From the NCBI RefSeq assembly GCF_006345805.1, contig NC_043003.1:12524001-12588000 (forward strand): DNA of 64,000 nt, written 5' to 3'. Source of the DNA: Octopus sinensis (taxonomy: Eukaryota). A program made the position numbers and the translations under genes. Under the pieces are notes generated by a model that was given only the letters and a program-made list of their open reading frames with translations, did no database searches and was not told the DNA's origin. The stretch's first letter is position 1. The number at the start of each line of letters is the position of its first letter. Shown here piece by piece: positions 12,689-25,228 of this stretch.

Positions 12689-13509
12689 TGTACATATGTT
12701 GATTGACTGTATGGTATTCTTAATATTCTTATGCTAATTTCTCCTCTATATTTTACTCCCAATATTCAGTAACAGATACTTATCTGGATTAAACATCTGA
12801 GTAGATCAACAAATGCTCTTCTGTAATTCGAAATTTTACTGTAATCTTGATATGTCGGTTCATTTTACATCAGCCTTTATATACCTGTTTTCTCTAATTT
12901 ACTTGTATAACTTCTTTCTATCAGTAATGCAATCATTTCCTTTCATACATTGATTCGGTAGTTCTTGTTTTTCTTTTCTTTCTATCTCTACCATCCTCTA
13001 ATTTGTTTACCAACTTTAGCTATATAACCTTGCTCCATCTTGATAATCTCTGCTTCAAACCGAAATTTATCAGAGCACATTTTAATCTAGCTACGTAATT
13101 TTAAAGTTGTCTGGTAATTAAAAATAAAAATTTCATCGTGTGAACTTGCCAACGTATTTTTCATTGGCTCAGTATTTGTATTTCGTGACACTGCCATTAC
13201 TTCATACATCAGTTATGTCATCTCATTTGTGATATGTAACGTTTTAAGATTTAAACAAAATTCAGCTTTGCTTTGCCTTGATTAGCTACAATTTTTCCAT
13301 CCTGAATTTATATTCACTTGCATGTTCATCATCATTGTCATCTTTCTCATGATGATGATAATTATGATGATACTGATAATGTTCATATCTTAGACTGTTT
13401 TTTTTTTTCCAGTGCAGTGTTCCATCACATGTCATAGTCATTTCCTTTGCAAGGTTCACTATCCTGAAATCAATTTTCACCACTTCTTTCTGTAACTTTA
13501 TTCTTTTTC

Positions 13510-13890
13510 TTTTCTTTTATTCTTTTACTTGTTTCAGTCATTTGACTGCGGCCATGCTGGAGCACCGCCTTTTTAGTCGAGAAAATCGACCCCAGTACTT
13601 ATTCTTTATAAGCCTAGTACTTATTCTATCAGTCTCTTTTGCCGAACCGCTAAGTTACGGGGACGCAAACACACCAGCATCGGTTGCCAAGCGATGTTGG
13701 GAGTGGGGGAGACAAACACAGACACACATATACATATATGTGTGTGTCCACCCTTGTCCCAATCATATCCATATACAACAGGCTTCTTTCAGTTTCTGTC
13801 TACCAATTCCACTCACAAGGCTTGGTTGGCTCAAGGTGTCATGCAATGTGATTGAACCCAAGACCATATGATTGGGAAGCAAGCTTCTCA
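13510..13890 (-). mobile_element. SINE family B with internal deletion and insertion
   Basis: Family B tail and head motifs. Confidence 0.8.
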
Positions 13891-14335
13891 AATCCCACCT
13901 CCACCCTTGTCCCTATCATATCCATTTGCTCCACATGTTGGTGCCAATGTAGCTTCTGTCTTCCATACTACATTTGATTCCTTCTATACTCAGTTTTTCT
14001 CTCAACTCATTTGTATTAAGTCATTCATGCACTGAACATTACTCCTCCAATGGATAGATAATGGTAGTTCACTCATCCTCGGCATTCAGTGGTCATGCTT
14101 CATTACCATACAGTAATAAACTTCTTACACATGACTCATGCAATCTACTCTTCACTGAAGAGAGAAAATTCTTGTGTTGCCATCAGAAGTTAAATGGTTA
14201 AAGCATTTTTTAATAACAAATTTCCCTGAACTTTTACTGCTTTGTTCTTATACTGGCTGCTATACTTCTGGAACACCCATTTCCATTGTTAATGAAGCCA
14301 TTTAGACAATCAGTTATTATTATGGAACATTCTGA
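13891..14335 (-). mobile_element. Highly decayed RTE LINE C-terminal fragment
   Basis: Resembles the 11030-11400 segment (ttccctgaact..., cttcattaccatacag, ccatactac). Confidence 0.55.
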
Positions 14336-17198
14336 GCATTTGGAAGGCTTTATTTCAAGGAATAATTGCAATTATTTTGATTGGTTTTATTCACAATGTT
14401 ACTTTAAAAAGATATACTGTTCAATAGTTTCATTCTCAAAACCTGTTTTCCTTTGTATTTTCTATTAACTTGTATATTATAAAGGACAGTTCTTACCATG
14501 ATTTTGCTGTGTTTCATTTATATTTATGCTGAAGCACTTTAGTTTCTTTCTATATGTTCATATGCAGGTGTATGCATTTTTAAAGATATTGTAAGTTTAG
14601 TTATTTGTGTATTCTTATAGCAAACGTTCTCGTTGAATGCTTATAATTCACAGTTAACAAGGAAAAATACCTACTTATCAACCAGAGAAACTGACTAAGA
14701 ATATTTTTTTACTGAAGGGCTAAAACCAATGGTTATAGTAAGTAGAGGAATATTAATAAAGGGTTTAGCTACGAGTAAATTGTAGGTACATTTTACTTAG
14801 AAGGTGTGTTGTAGACTAAATACAAATAATACAGACATTATGCATTGGTATATACCTGATGTCTCTTTACTACAGAAACCTGATACTTTACATCTTAACA
14901 TTTCTAATGACGTGGAACTTTGTAGCTGCGTTTCTTTCAAAGGGGATGTTCATATATTATATCATCATGTATTACAAAATTTGATGTGCATATGTGGAAT
15001 ATTGTGTACCTGAGCGTGTGCATGTGTGTATGAAACCACAAAACAGGGAGTGTGAGGTAAAAAAATTAAGAGGAAGCGTGAAGACACCTAAAGGGCGAGA
15101 GAGAGGTGGTGGTGGTGGTGGTGGGGTAACTGTAGCTAAAGAGAGAAAGTAGTATTGGAACATATGCTGCTATGGAGAGAGAGATGGGTAATAGGTGCTG
15201 TTCCAGAAAGAAGTGAAGTGAGTAAAAGGACTTATGTTGCTACCGATAGATTAATGGGTTACATATCATATGACCAAAGTGGAAAAAAAACTGACAACAT
15301 ATGTGAGTAACAGACACAAGAAGAAATGGTATTTTGCTTGTTACTTACAGAGATTTTAAAAATTCTTTATACATTGAAACCATTAACATTATCTTTGTTA
15401 TTGTTCTACATACGATTGATGTCTGTGAATTTTTTTTTTTTTTTTTTTTGACAATTTTACTTCCCTATGCCAACTAAGGTGTGACCTTGAATATATACTT
15501 GGGGTCTTTCCTCAATTACTTCAACAAAGAATGATGGTAGTTATACTTCACTGATGAAGTATAAGAGCAAATGATATATGGAGTTTTTTTTCACACTTGA
15601 TAGCAAAATGAACATATTAGTCAATGTTTAAATGTATTAAATATTCTAACAATAACTTATCTATGTTATTTAGCCTTTGGTCAGCTTGGCTTAAATAGAT
15701 ATTTAATCAAAAACATTCCAACAGTGGCAATTCCTTCTTTTGTCCAGGTCAAGTGTATCTAAGACTACAGTGTCAAGTGTTTCCTTTCTTAAGATTATAG
15801 AATGTGATTTAAGGGAGATTTGGTTTCTATTTTTAAAAGGTTGAGTTCACATAGAGGCTCCGTCATTAGTTTCTTTGGACCCTTGTTTTTATGGTCATAA
15901 TACTTATTTCAATTTCATGTTATACATTTAATATATCTAACACTTAATACCCAATTGTCTGACACCACCTCTGGTTTTAAGAAGCAAACCACCTGTTTTC
16001 AAGTGTTCGTGTTTAAATTAAAACGTTCCATAAAAGAAAAAATTGAGAGAGATTTACACAGGTAGTACTGAAGTTGCAATCTTAGGAGAAACCATCTTTG
16101 AAAACTATATTCTTTGTTGTACATTTGTCAGCTCTTCTACTGTGAGAGTTATTTATCATTTTTATATTTTTGCTAAAAAGTAAATGGTCTTAACTATGGC
16201 ATGAAATCAAAGATATTATCTATATCCTGCTATTCTGCAGCTATGTTGGCAAAGCTCTAACCCTTTTGATACCACCCTGCTTGAAACCACCCCTGATTCT
16301 GTGATACAACCTTCCTGTTTCAAGGTGATCGAAATTAAAACCTCCCTGTAAAATTTCATGTAAATTTATGTTCAAATACCAGTTTGTTTTGCTACTGTTT
16401 TCAAAATTAATTGAGACAACAGAAATATAGAAATTAAATATTTTACAAAATGTCATATGTTGCATTCCATCTTTATTTTTATATCAGAGGCAAGTGGTGC
16501 ATACAACTGGACTTCAATCCACAGCCTCAATGATTGAAGTACAATAGCTGATCCAGTAACCTCTGACTTCTCGTATACACACTCTTAATTTTAAAACTGT
16601 TGTTAGTCATTTGTCTTACAAATAATATAAATGTTGTAAACAAGTGTCACTGTCGTATAAGCAGCGTCTTTCATTTCCAAGCTTCTGGGAAAACATTTCC
16701 AGCCATGGGGAAAAGAAACAGAGGGCTGATGACAGGAAGTGCATCTGCCTATAAATAATTTGCCTCAATGAATTCCGTCCAATCCATGCAAGCATGGAAA
16801 ATTGGGCATTAAAACATTGATGATGATGCTGTATCTGTAAAACACTATGCCCTCAATTTCATTCCATGATTAAGGTATGGCAGTTGCAGCAGAATAACGC
16901 TAGAGATTAAGATGTTATTATTTTGCTATAAGTATATATCTTCTTATATGCTTCTATAGATATTTATACATATTTTCCTGCTTCTTAGCTATTTACAGGT
17001 GTGTAAAGAATGGAATCCTTTCCTTAATACTCGACTGCACTTTTATCAAATAGTTTGGCCAGTGTAAACAGCATAAAGTTCGTTGGAGAAGTGCTTAAAC
17101 AAATTCAACAACTATAATTCACTAGAAAACCTGAAGATCAATAGTCAAATTCTATAATTTAGTAACCACTGTGTTTGTCTTGATAAAATTTTACTATA

Positions 17199-17199
<1 letters not shown>

Positions 17200-17242
<43 letters not shown>
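17200..17242. repeat. (GA)n microsatellite
   Basis: Pure GA run. Confidence 0.97.
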
Positions 17243-17244
<2 letters not shown>

Positions 17245-18954
17245 ATGAAATCAAACATTAACTTCAAAGCAACATGAAAAGCCATTTACTGAAACAAGTT
17301 GTAGTAAATCACCTTTGTTGTTCTTTTATTAGTGTGTGAAACTGTTGTAGCTATTTAACACTGGTAAAAAAAAATAAATAAAAATCAGTAATAACATTTG
17401 AACAATGTAAAGATAGGTGGGAGGGCAAAGCTAATAAAGCTAATTTATTTAAGTCACCAGCTGCAAACCAGTGCAACGCAATTTAGTTCAATTATGCACC
17501 TCAAACAAATAGAATTGTATGTTTATAGAAAGATTATATTCATTGAAATAACTTGTGTGACAGCATTTTCAAGCTCTTCTTGTCATTCTTTTTCTTTTAC
17601 TTCCTTCTTTCCTTTTTACTGCCTCCACTTCCGTAGGTATTGCTGATTATGTAAATGCAGACACTCCCAACAGCAAAAGTTCAAAATATTTAAGAATGAC
17701 TATTTGTAGTCCTTTTGGCATTTGAATATATTTTCTTGGGAAATATATTTGTGATTCTTCTTTATGAAATAAATTTATTTATAGGAATAAAAATTCTTCT
17801 TCTAGATTTTTCTGTCACTCTTTATCTTTTTCAGTTTTCCTTTCCTTTCATTTTTCCAATATTGTATATTTTAGTATCTTCTTTCTAACTTACTGTCCAC
17901 ACACTCCCCTTTCTTTGACTTCATTCCCATCAACTCCCCTATTTGTCTTCTTTGTCCTTTTAACTCATTATCTTTTCATTTCTTTTTTTAAACATCTTAA
18001 AATATAAGCTTCATTCATCTGATATTCCAAATATAAGAGTGACATAGATCACCCAGATGGCAGAGAAACGATCTGTAAGCTTCAATTGTCTCATTTTGCT
18101 AAGTTTGAATCTCACCGGGTTTTCTCCAGTCTTGATAAAATAAGAACTAGTAACATGTTCCCCTGCTAAATATTGAAGCTATAAATCATTCTATATCTTT
18201 CTATATCCAATTCAGTAGGCTTAAGATTTATTTTCCATTAGCCATAAATCCTCAGTTTTTTTTTAGGGAGAGGAAATAGACAGTTGAAGATGATATCTAT
18301 CACCTGCAGTCTTGAATTTGCTGAGAACTTACTTGCTGAGTCTACCTTTAATTAACTGAAGTCTTACAAGTATCAATCCATGAAATTCTGATTGGTTCAA
18401 AAATTTTCTCTAATTCTTGTGATCCTATTCCTCAAGAGAAGAAACTGAATAAATGTAATTTTAGTACTGCACAACATGTGGTCTGTCATTGGATTGTAGG
18501 AATTATGATATTTAACCAAAATTGTTCAGTAATAAATTTCATCATTATTTAATGTCCACTTTGGAATTTGTTGAGATTTTCTACAACTGGAAGCCCTTCC
18601 TATTGCCAACCCACACCTGTTTCCTGGCAACGTAGCTAGATATGTTTTTCACAGAAGACTGGAAACAAACAACCTCACTTGTACAATGATCCTCATTTAC
18701 AATGGGCTTCTTTTAGATTTTTATCTACAAAATTCACTCTCAAGGGTTTAGTTGACCCATGGTTATAGTAGAAGACACCTAAGATGCTATGCAGTGGGAC
18801 TGAACCCAAGATCAACATGGTTGGGAAGCAAGCTTCTTAACCATACAGCATGTCTGCACCTAAGTTTAATGATGGTTTCAAATTCTGACTCAAAGCCAGT
18901 AATTTCAGTGGAGTGGGGTGAGTCAATTACATAAAATAAAATATATAAATAAAT

Positions 18955-19340
18955 ACACCCTTTTAATGCCTAGCCAGGCTCATGGGCCTGGCTTCAATGG
19001 CGTATGTGTTCCCCAGTTGGACAGTCCATCACAGCGTTACTCATTTTTGCCAGCTGAGTGGACTGGAGCAACGTGAAATGAAGTGCTTTGCTCAAGAATA
19101 CAATGCGGTACTCGATCCAGGAGTCAAAACCACAATATTACGATTATGATGCTGACACCTTAACCATTAAGCCATGCGCCTCCACCAATTACATCAACTG
19201 GTACTTATTTTATTGACTTTAAAAAGATGAAAGGCAATGTCAGCCTCAGCTGAACTTGAACTTGGGACATAAAGATGGATGGAATGCTGCTAAGCATTTT
19301 ACCCAGCATGCTAACAATTCTGCCGATTGCTCCTTTACCT
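18955..19340 (-). mobile_element. Nested SINEs (family E inside family D)
   Basis: Family E copy ending in head ccattaagccatgcgcctcca, flanked by caattacat direct repeats, within a family D remnant. Confidence 0.65.
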
Positions 19341-20374
19341 AGGTTCAATACTAAAAATACTTCCTTTTCTCTTGGTTAACAATAATTCAGTTTTCAAAGA
19401 AGACTGTTCCTTAAGACAACACATGTTTTTGTTCTTGGCTAAGTCTTTGTATTTTCCTTAGTGGAGAAGTGGTTTACATTAGAATAAGGCATCCACTTGT
19501 AAAAACATCTGCTTCACAGAAATTGATCAAGTCGAGCCATGCCAGTATAGAATAAACAGACATCTTAACACTTTTGTGATGCCTGTGTATATTTGTGTTT
19601 TGAAGTCTTTCGCAAAATTTAAGCTGTTTTCTATTTCGTTTTTTTACCTTCTTCAGTCTATTGTTGACATACTGTTCATGAAAATATATTTAAAGAAAAA
19701 AAATACATAATTTTGCTATTTTAAAATCTTCCTTTGTGTTACATAGCTGTTTTATACAAAAGAACTTTTGTAAAATACACTTAACAATAATGAATGATCT
19801 TACACTATGTAAGAAATCATTTTCTTTTTGAATATATTACTATTGCAACAGTGAACCTTTATTTCTACTTTTTAACTTCTTTTCTAATACTTCCATGGCA
19901 ATTCATATATATTATATTATATTACATTAACACTTTGATTGACCTCTTTTATATTTATAATTGCTTTTTGATATCCTTTGTTAAGCTGTTATATATTTCG
20001 GAATTTGTAAAATAAATGATTTTGAGAATTTCCCATATCTGTTTAATTCTGAAAGTGAATTTGTATATGCCCCCCCCCCCCACTCTTTCTTTACTTGCTT
20101 GTTATATATGTGTGTGTTTTCTTTATTTCTTCTTTTCTTTTCTGCCATGTAGAATTTATATCTTGATAAATATTTAGCATTCAGGAAGTGAAAAATTAAG
20201 ACTCTAAAATTAATTTTTCCTGACAATTAATTGTAAATTTTCTCAAATAATAAATCTTCATTAATTTTTTTTATGTGTGTGTGTGTGTCTGGTTAATGAT
20301 ACAATTAAAGTAAATTTATACAAATATTCCTTCCTCCCTAGTTGTCATCTACTGCTACTACTACTTATGATAAT

Positions 20375-20619
20375 AATAATCCTTTCTACTATAGGCACAA
20401 GGCCTTAAATTTTGGGTGTGGAGGCTAGTCAATTATGTCGACCTGGTGCACACCTGGTACTTATTTTATTGACCCTGAAAGGGTGAAAGGCAAAATCAAC
20501 CTTGGTGGAATTTGAACTCAGAATGTAAAGATGAGCAAAATTTCGCTAAACATTTTGTCCAGAATGCTAATGATTCTGCCAGCTTTCTCAATAATGATAA
20601 TGATGATGATAATAACAAC

Positions 20620-20659
<40 letters not shown>

Positions 20660-20660
20660 G
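20375..20660 (-). mobile_element. SINE family D flanked by (TAA/TGA)n tracts
   Basis: Reverse complement of 23795-24030 (gagctggcagaatcgttagc...gagttcaaattcc...gcctttcatcc). Confidence 0.8.
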
Positions 20661-20879
20661 AAATAAAAAATAGAAGAGTGTCCTAGTTATCATGTGAATT
20701 TGGTTGAACAATATTTTGGCATCTAGCATGCCTTCCACAGGTTCAGAAATTACATGTCAGTCTACTTCATTTCAACCAATTTCACATGATAACTATGGCA
20801 CTCTTCTATTTTTTATTTCTGTATAACTTCTGGAGGAGTTACCTCAGTCCTATATAATCTTAACAAATAATAATAATAA

Positions 20880-21310
20880 TCGTTTGACATCCATTTTCCA
20901 TGCTGGCATGGGCTGGATGGTTTGCCTGAGGACTGGCAAGCCAGGAGGCTGCACCAGGCTCCAATCTGATCTGGCAAGGTTTCTACAGCTGGATGCCTTT
21001 CCTAACGCTAACCACTCTGAGAGTGTAGAGGCTGCTTTTTACATGGCACTAGTAATGACCACTCTTGAATGGTGCTTTTTATATACCACTGACACGAAAC
21101 CAGTCGGGCAGCATCAACCATGTTCATATGGTGCATTTTACGTGCCGCTGGCACTGGAGCCAGTCCAGTGGGACTGACATTGCCCACATTCAAATGGTGC
21201 TTTTTACGTGCCACCAGCACAGGTGCCAATCGGGCAGTACTAGCATCAATAATAATAATAATAATAATACTCACTGTGTTGATCTTGCTTGGATTCACAT
21301 GACCATGATC
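20880..21310 (-). mobile_element. SINE family C 3' part with several internal units
   Basis: Family C tail plus repeated ggtgctttttacgtgccacc units. Confidence 0.8.
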
Positions 21311-21896
21311 TTCACTGAGTAATCGAATGCAGTTATGACCATTTCAAGATGTCAAAAGGGTGTCACTAACCAGCAGTTCCCAGTGATGCAAACTCCTCTT
21401 TCTATAATGGTATCTGAGGCTTATTGTACAATCCCGCTTTTGTAGTGTGTTATTTCTAGGACATATTAGATGTGGCATAAAGCATGTACATGCCCCTGCC
21501 ATCCAGCATTATTTTAGAGCCTTTCAGTTTATACCTAGGTGGAAGATTCATAAAATAACTCATATTCAACTACTTTAAAATTTAATAAGGGTACTATGTA
21601 GAAGTTCTTTTCATATTCCTTGAGAGCTTAGGTTACAGTGTTGTGATACCCAAGATTTACTGTACATGTAAAAGTCATTGTCCTCCTCCTCTCCCACAAG
21701 ATAAAGAATTATTGACACCTGGTTGCTCTGTTAACATTAATTGTGGTTTGATAGGTCTATTGTGTTTGGAGAGAGAGTACTTATTCTTATGTCAGCACTT
21801 AGAAATAAGTTCTGATCTCTTGGTTAAAGGTGTTTGTTGCTTTACATGAATATAAGCACTAATGTGATCAATATGTATTAACAGGTGTTGTAATAA

Positions 21897-22283
21897 GCAT
21901 AGGAGTGGCTGTGTGGTAAGTAGCTTGGTTACAAACTACATGGTTCTGGGTTCAGTCCCACTGCGTGGCACCTTGGCAAGTATCTTCTACTATAGCCTTG
22001 GGCCAACCAAAGCCTTGCGAGTGGATTTGGTAGACGGAAACTGAAAGAAGCCTGTCGTATATATATATATGTATATAATGTGTCTGTGTTTGTCCCCCCA
22101 ACATTGCTTGACAACCGATGCTGGTGTGTTTACGTCCTCGTAACTTAGCGGTTTGGCAAAAGAGACTGATAGAATAAGTACTAGGCTTACAAAGAATAAG
22201 TCAAGGGGTCGATTTGCTCGATTAAAGGCGGTGCTCCAGTATGGCCACAGTCAAATGACTGAAACAAATAAAAGAGTAAAAGA
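21897..22283 (+). mobile_element. SINE family B, full length
   Basis: tggctgtgtggtaag A box, ggttcagtccc B box, tail gactgaaacaaataaaagagtaaaagag. Confidence 0.9.
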
Positions 22284-22620
22284 GGTGTCTTTTGCTTCTT
22301 TCAACTGTTGAGTTGTTAGAAACTGGTCAATTTGATCCTGCTCTCAAGCTGCTGAAAACACCCTCATGAGGCCTACTGCTGCTGCTGGCAATTATTATGA
22401 CAGTGGCTCAGTTTTGATTTCAATTTTCCAATCACTTCAACCTATAATGTTGGTTTTCTTTAGAAAGATACAATTGTTTGACTTAACATTTCTTCTTTAA
22501 TTCTTGATTATGTAAGCAACCATTTTTTTTTTATTGTTATTGTTATTTTTGATAATTTATTATTTATTTATTGTAATTTCAGTTTTGTAATTTTGTTTCA
22601 TTTTGTTTGTTTTTTTGCAG

Positions 22621-22682
22621 AGAGCGAAATAGAAAAGCTAAAAAAAGCTGTCGACTCGCTGATGTTAGCCAATGAGGAAAAG
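22621..22682 (+). CDS. PPFIBP: Liprin-beta-like internal coding exon (xSEIEKLKKAVDSLMLANEEK)
   Basis: Long pyrimidine tract ending ttttgcag, donor AAG|gtatt; phase 1 to phase 0; peptide matches the recalled vertebrate liprin-beta-1 coiled-coil motif KKAVESLMAANEEKDRKIEDL. Confidence 0.9.
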
Positions 22683-23199
22683 GTATTGTTTTACATTATT
22701 TATTATTGAAAATTCTAATTGTTAAATTAATAGGATCTTCCCTTTCACTCCTAAACTAAACTAAATTAAATTTACAATTAATAGAAAATAAAAACACTGA
22801 AAACCCATAAAAAGTAACTTCACTCAATGTTGCTCAACCCTGCATATAAAAAAAATTAGAAAAATTAATTCCTAGAAAGTTTATGTGTGTAAACAACTGG
22901 CCACCTTCAGAATGTTTTATGTTGAAAGTTACATAATTCTTCTCCATGTTTACGCATGTTTGTGTGTATCTAAAACTTGGTCTATTTAAATCAAACACTG
23001 GTTTTAGGTAATCTGTACCAATTTTTCCTTCAAGATTTGTGGCTGTCTCTGATATTATTTTGTTGAATAGTTATCTTTAATTTACTTCTGTTATTTAACA
23101 CACATGCGTGCGTGCGCCCGCACACAGTATGGAAGAGTGAAAGCATTGTGAATTAATAAGAGCTTCTTACAATGTTAAGACAAAATTAATGATTTATAA

Positions 23200-23360
23200 C
23201 CGTATTTTAACATGCATAAGGAACCCCCGAATTCTGGGGGCTTAAAATTTGGAAAAAAAGGTTTTGTAAGGAGTTATACTATCCATGTATAAAAGAGTCC
23301 GACATTTTTTAAAATCTAATTTTTGACAAAAAAGGGTTCCTTATACACCTTAAAATATGG
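23200..23360. mobile_element. MITE with about 27-bp imperfect TIRs (Tc1/mariner-pogo-like termini)
   Basis: ccgtattttaacatgcataaggaaccc ... gggttccttatacaccttaaaatatgg. Confidence 0.75.
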
Positions 23361-23760
23361 TGATTCCTTATTTCAGGTGAATCAGATACTGCTCATACTT
23401 TTACCTTTAGAAAACGTGTGGCAAAAATCTAGTTTGTAAAAATTCATTGCAGGGGTGATTCACCTGAAATATATAAGGAATTATCAATAAATCATTGATT
23501 TTCTCTTCACACTGTAAATAGCTCCATATTGTGCAGGAGTTTCATTTACCTACATTGGTAGGTGGCTCTAGACTGCTCTGTGTTGTAGTAAAAGGAACCA
23601 AAACACTTATAGATCTGCATCACTGCCTGATGACACATTAACTTCTGCATTCGGAAATGGAGTCCAACAGTATCCTCAATGCATATTTACCTGTGTGTGT
23701 GTGTGTGTGTGTAGTTGTCTAAAAATCCATGACTCAGCACAAACAGGCACTCATGAATAG

Positions 23761-23794
<34 letters not shown>

Positions 23795-23796
<2 letters not shown>

Positions 23797-24220
23797 GTTG
23801 GTGAGCTGGCAGAATCGTTAGCATGCCAGGTGAAATGCTTAGCAGTATTTCACCCTTTGCTACGTTCTGAGTTCAAATTCCACCAAGGTTGACTTTGCCT
23901 TTCATCTTTTCAGGGTTGATAAATTAAGTACCAGTTGCCTACTGAGCGGGGGGGGGGGGGGTCAATGTAATCGACTAGTCCCCTCCCCCAAAATTTCAGG
24001 CCTTGTGCCTATAGTAGAAAGGATTATTATTCTTAAGGCAGCGAGCTGGCATAATTGTTAGCATGCTGGGTGAAATGCTTAGTGGTATTTCGTCTGTCGC
24101 TATGTTCTGAGTTCAAATTCCACTGAGGTCAGTTTTGTCTTTCATCCTTTTAGGGTCAATAACTTAAGTATCAGTTGAGTACTGGGGTTGATGTAATTGA
24201 CTGTCCCTCTCCCCATAAAA
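23795..24220 (+). mobile_element. Two tandem SINE family D copies
   Basis: Heads aag..ggtgagctggcagaatcgttagc at about 23795 and 24035. Confidence 0.85.
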
Positions 24221-24869
24221 TCCAGGCTGTAACTGAGGGAGAAAATGTAACTATTCTTTGAGACTTCGCAGTATGTACAGACCAGACCATCAATGCAAAT
24301 AAAGCAGATATTGTTGTGAAAGACCAAAACAATAACGTCTGTTTATTGATTGACATGGGCATCCCCTGTGACCATAATATCTCGGCAAAAGATTTTGGTA
24401 AGCTCAGAAAATATAAAGATTTGCTAATCGAAATCAAAAAGGTGTGGCATCTCAAGACTGTTACAATACCAGTGATTGTAAGAGCACTTGGAATGATCAA
24501 AAAAGGAACTGAGAATTATTTAAGAATGATTTCTGGCTTACCACCCATGCAGGAAGTGCAAAAGATTGCCTTAACTGGTACATCACACATATTGAGAAGA
24601 GCATTGTCACGGTGAATTTTCTCTCTTTTTCCCCTTCATTTTTTTTTTACTTTTTTGTTTTTTCTCTGTCTTTCTTCCCCTTTTTCTCTATCACATGACT
24701 TTGTAAATGGACAATCTGGTATGTTTATTTTAATGGCCTACCAATGTATACAGTGCGTTTTTCTGCCCTAGGTGTCAGGAAGACACTTGGCAAGAAATGG
24801 AAACAGAATTGAAAGATGATAATGAAAATAGTAATAATAATAATAAATAACAATAATAATAATAATAAT
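24221..24869 (+). mobile_element. 5'-truncated R4/Dong-like LINE (restriction-like endonuclease domain, (TAA)n tail)
   Basis: NKADIVVKD...LLIDMGIP...KLRKYKDL..EI...W...TIPVIV.ALG...QKIAL.GT.HILRR; homologous to but distinct from the element at 1-345; tail of taa repeats at 24832-24869. Confidence 0.85.
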
Positions 24870-25228
24870 TCTTTCGTGTATAGGCATAAGGTTGAAATTT
24901 TGAAGAAGGAGAATCGTTGATTACATTGACCCCCCCCCCCCATCCCCAAGTGCTCATCTGGTACTTGTTTTATCAACTCCAAAAAGATGTATGGCAAAGT
25001 TGACCACAGCAGAATTCAGACTCAAGCTGTGAAGCTGGAAGCATTTTGCTAATGATTCTTCCAGCTCACAGCCTTAATAATAATAATAATAATAATAATG
25101 TATTTCTTTACTGCCCACAAGGGGCTAAACATAGAGGGGACAAACAAGGACAGACAAAGGGACTAAGTTGATTACATTGACCCCAGTGGGAAACTGGTAC
25201 TTTTTTTATCGACCCCGAAAGGATGAAG
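24870..25228 (-). mobile_element. Two SINE family D fragments separated by (TAA)n
   Basis: Reverse complement of family D head and tail motifs. Confidence 0.75.

Noticed and set aside
17580-17642. Possible recursive splice site (pyrimidine tract + tag|gtattg); similar AGGT motifs near 16998 and 23376
   Set aside because: Donor halves are weak and such motifs are expected by chance in long AT-rich introns
21030-21245. CRISPR-like repeat-spacer appearance
   Set aside because: Repeats are degenerate, spacers are related to each other, the array lies inside a SINE, the context is eukaryotic and no cas genes are present
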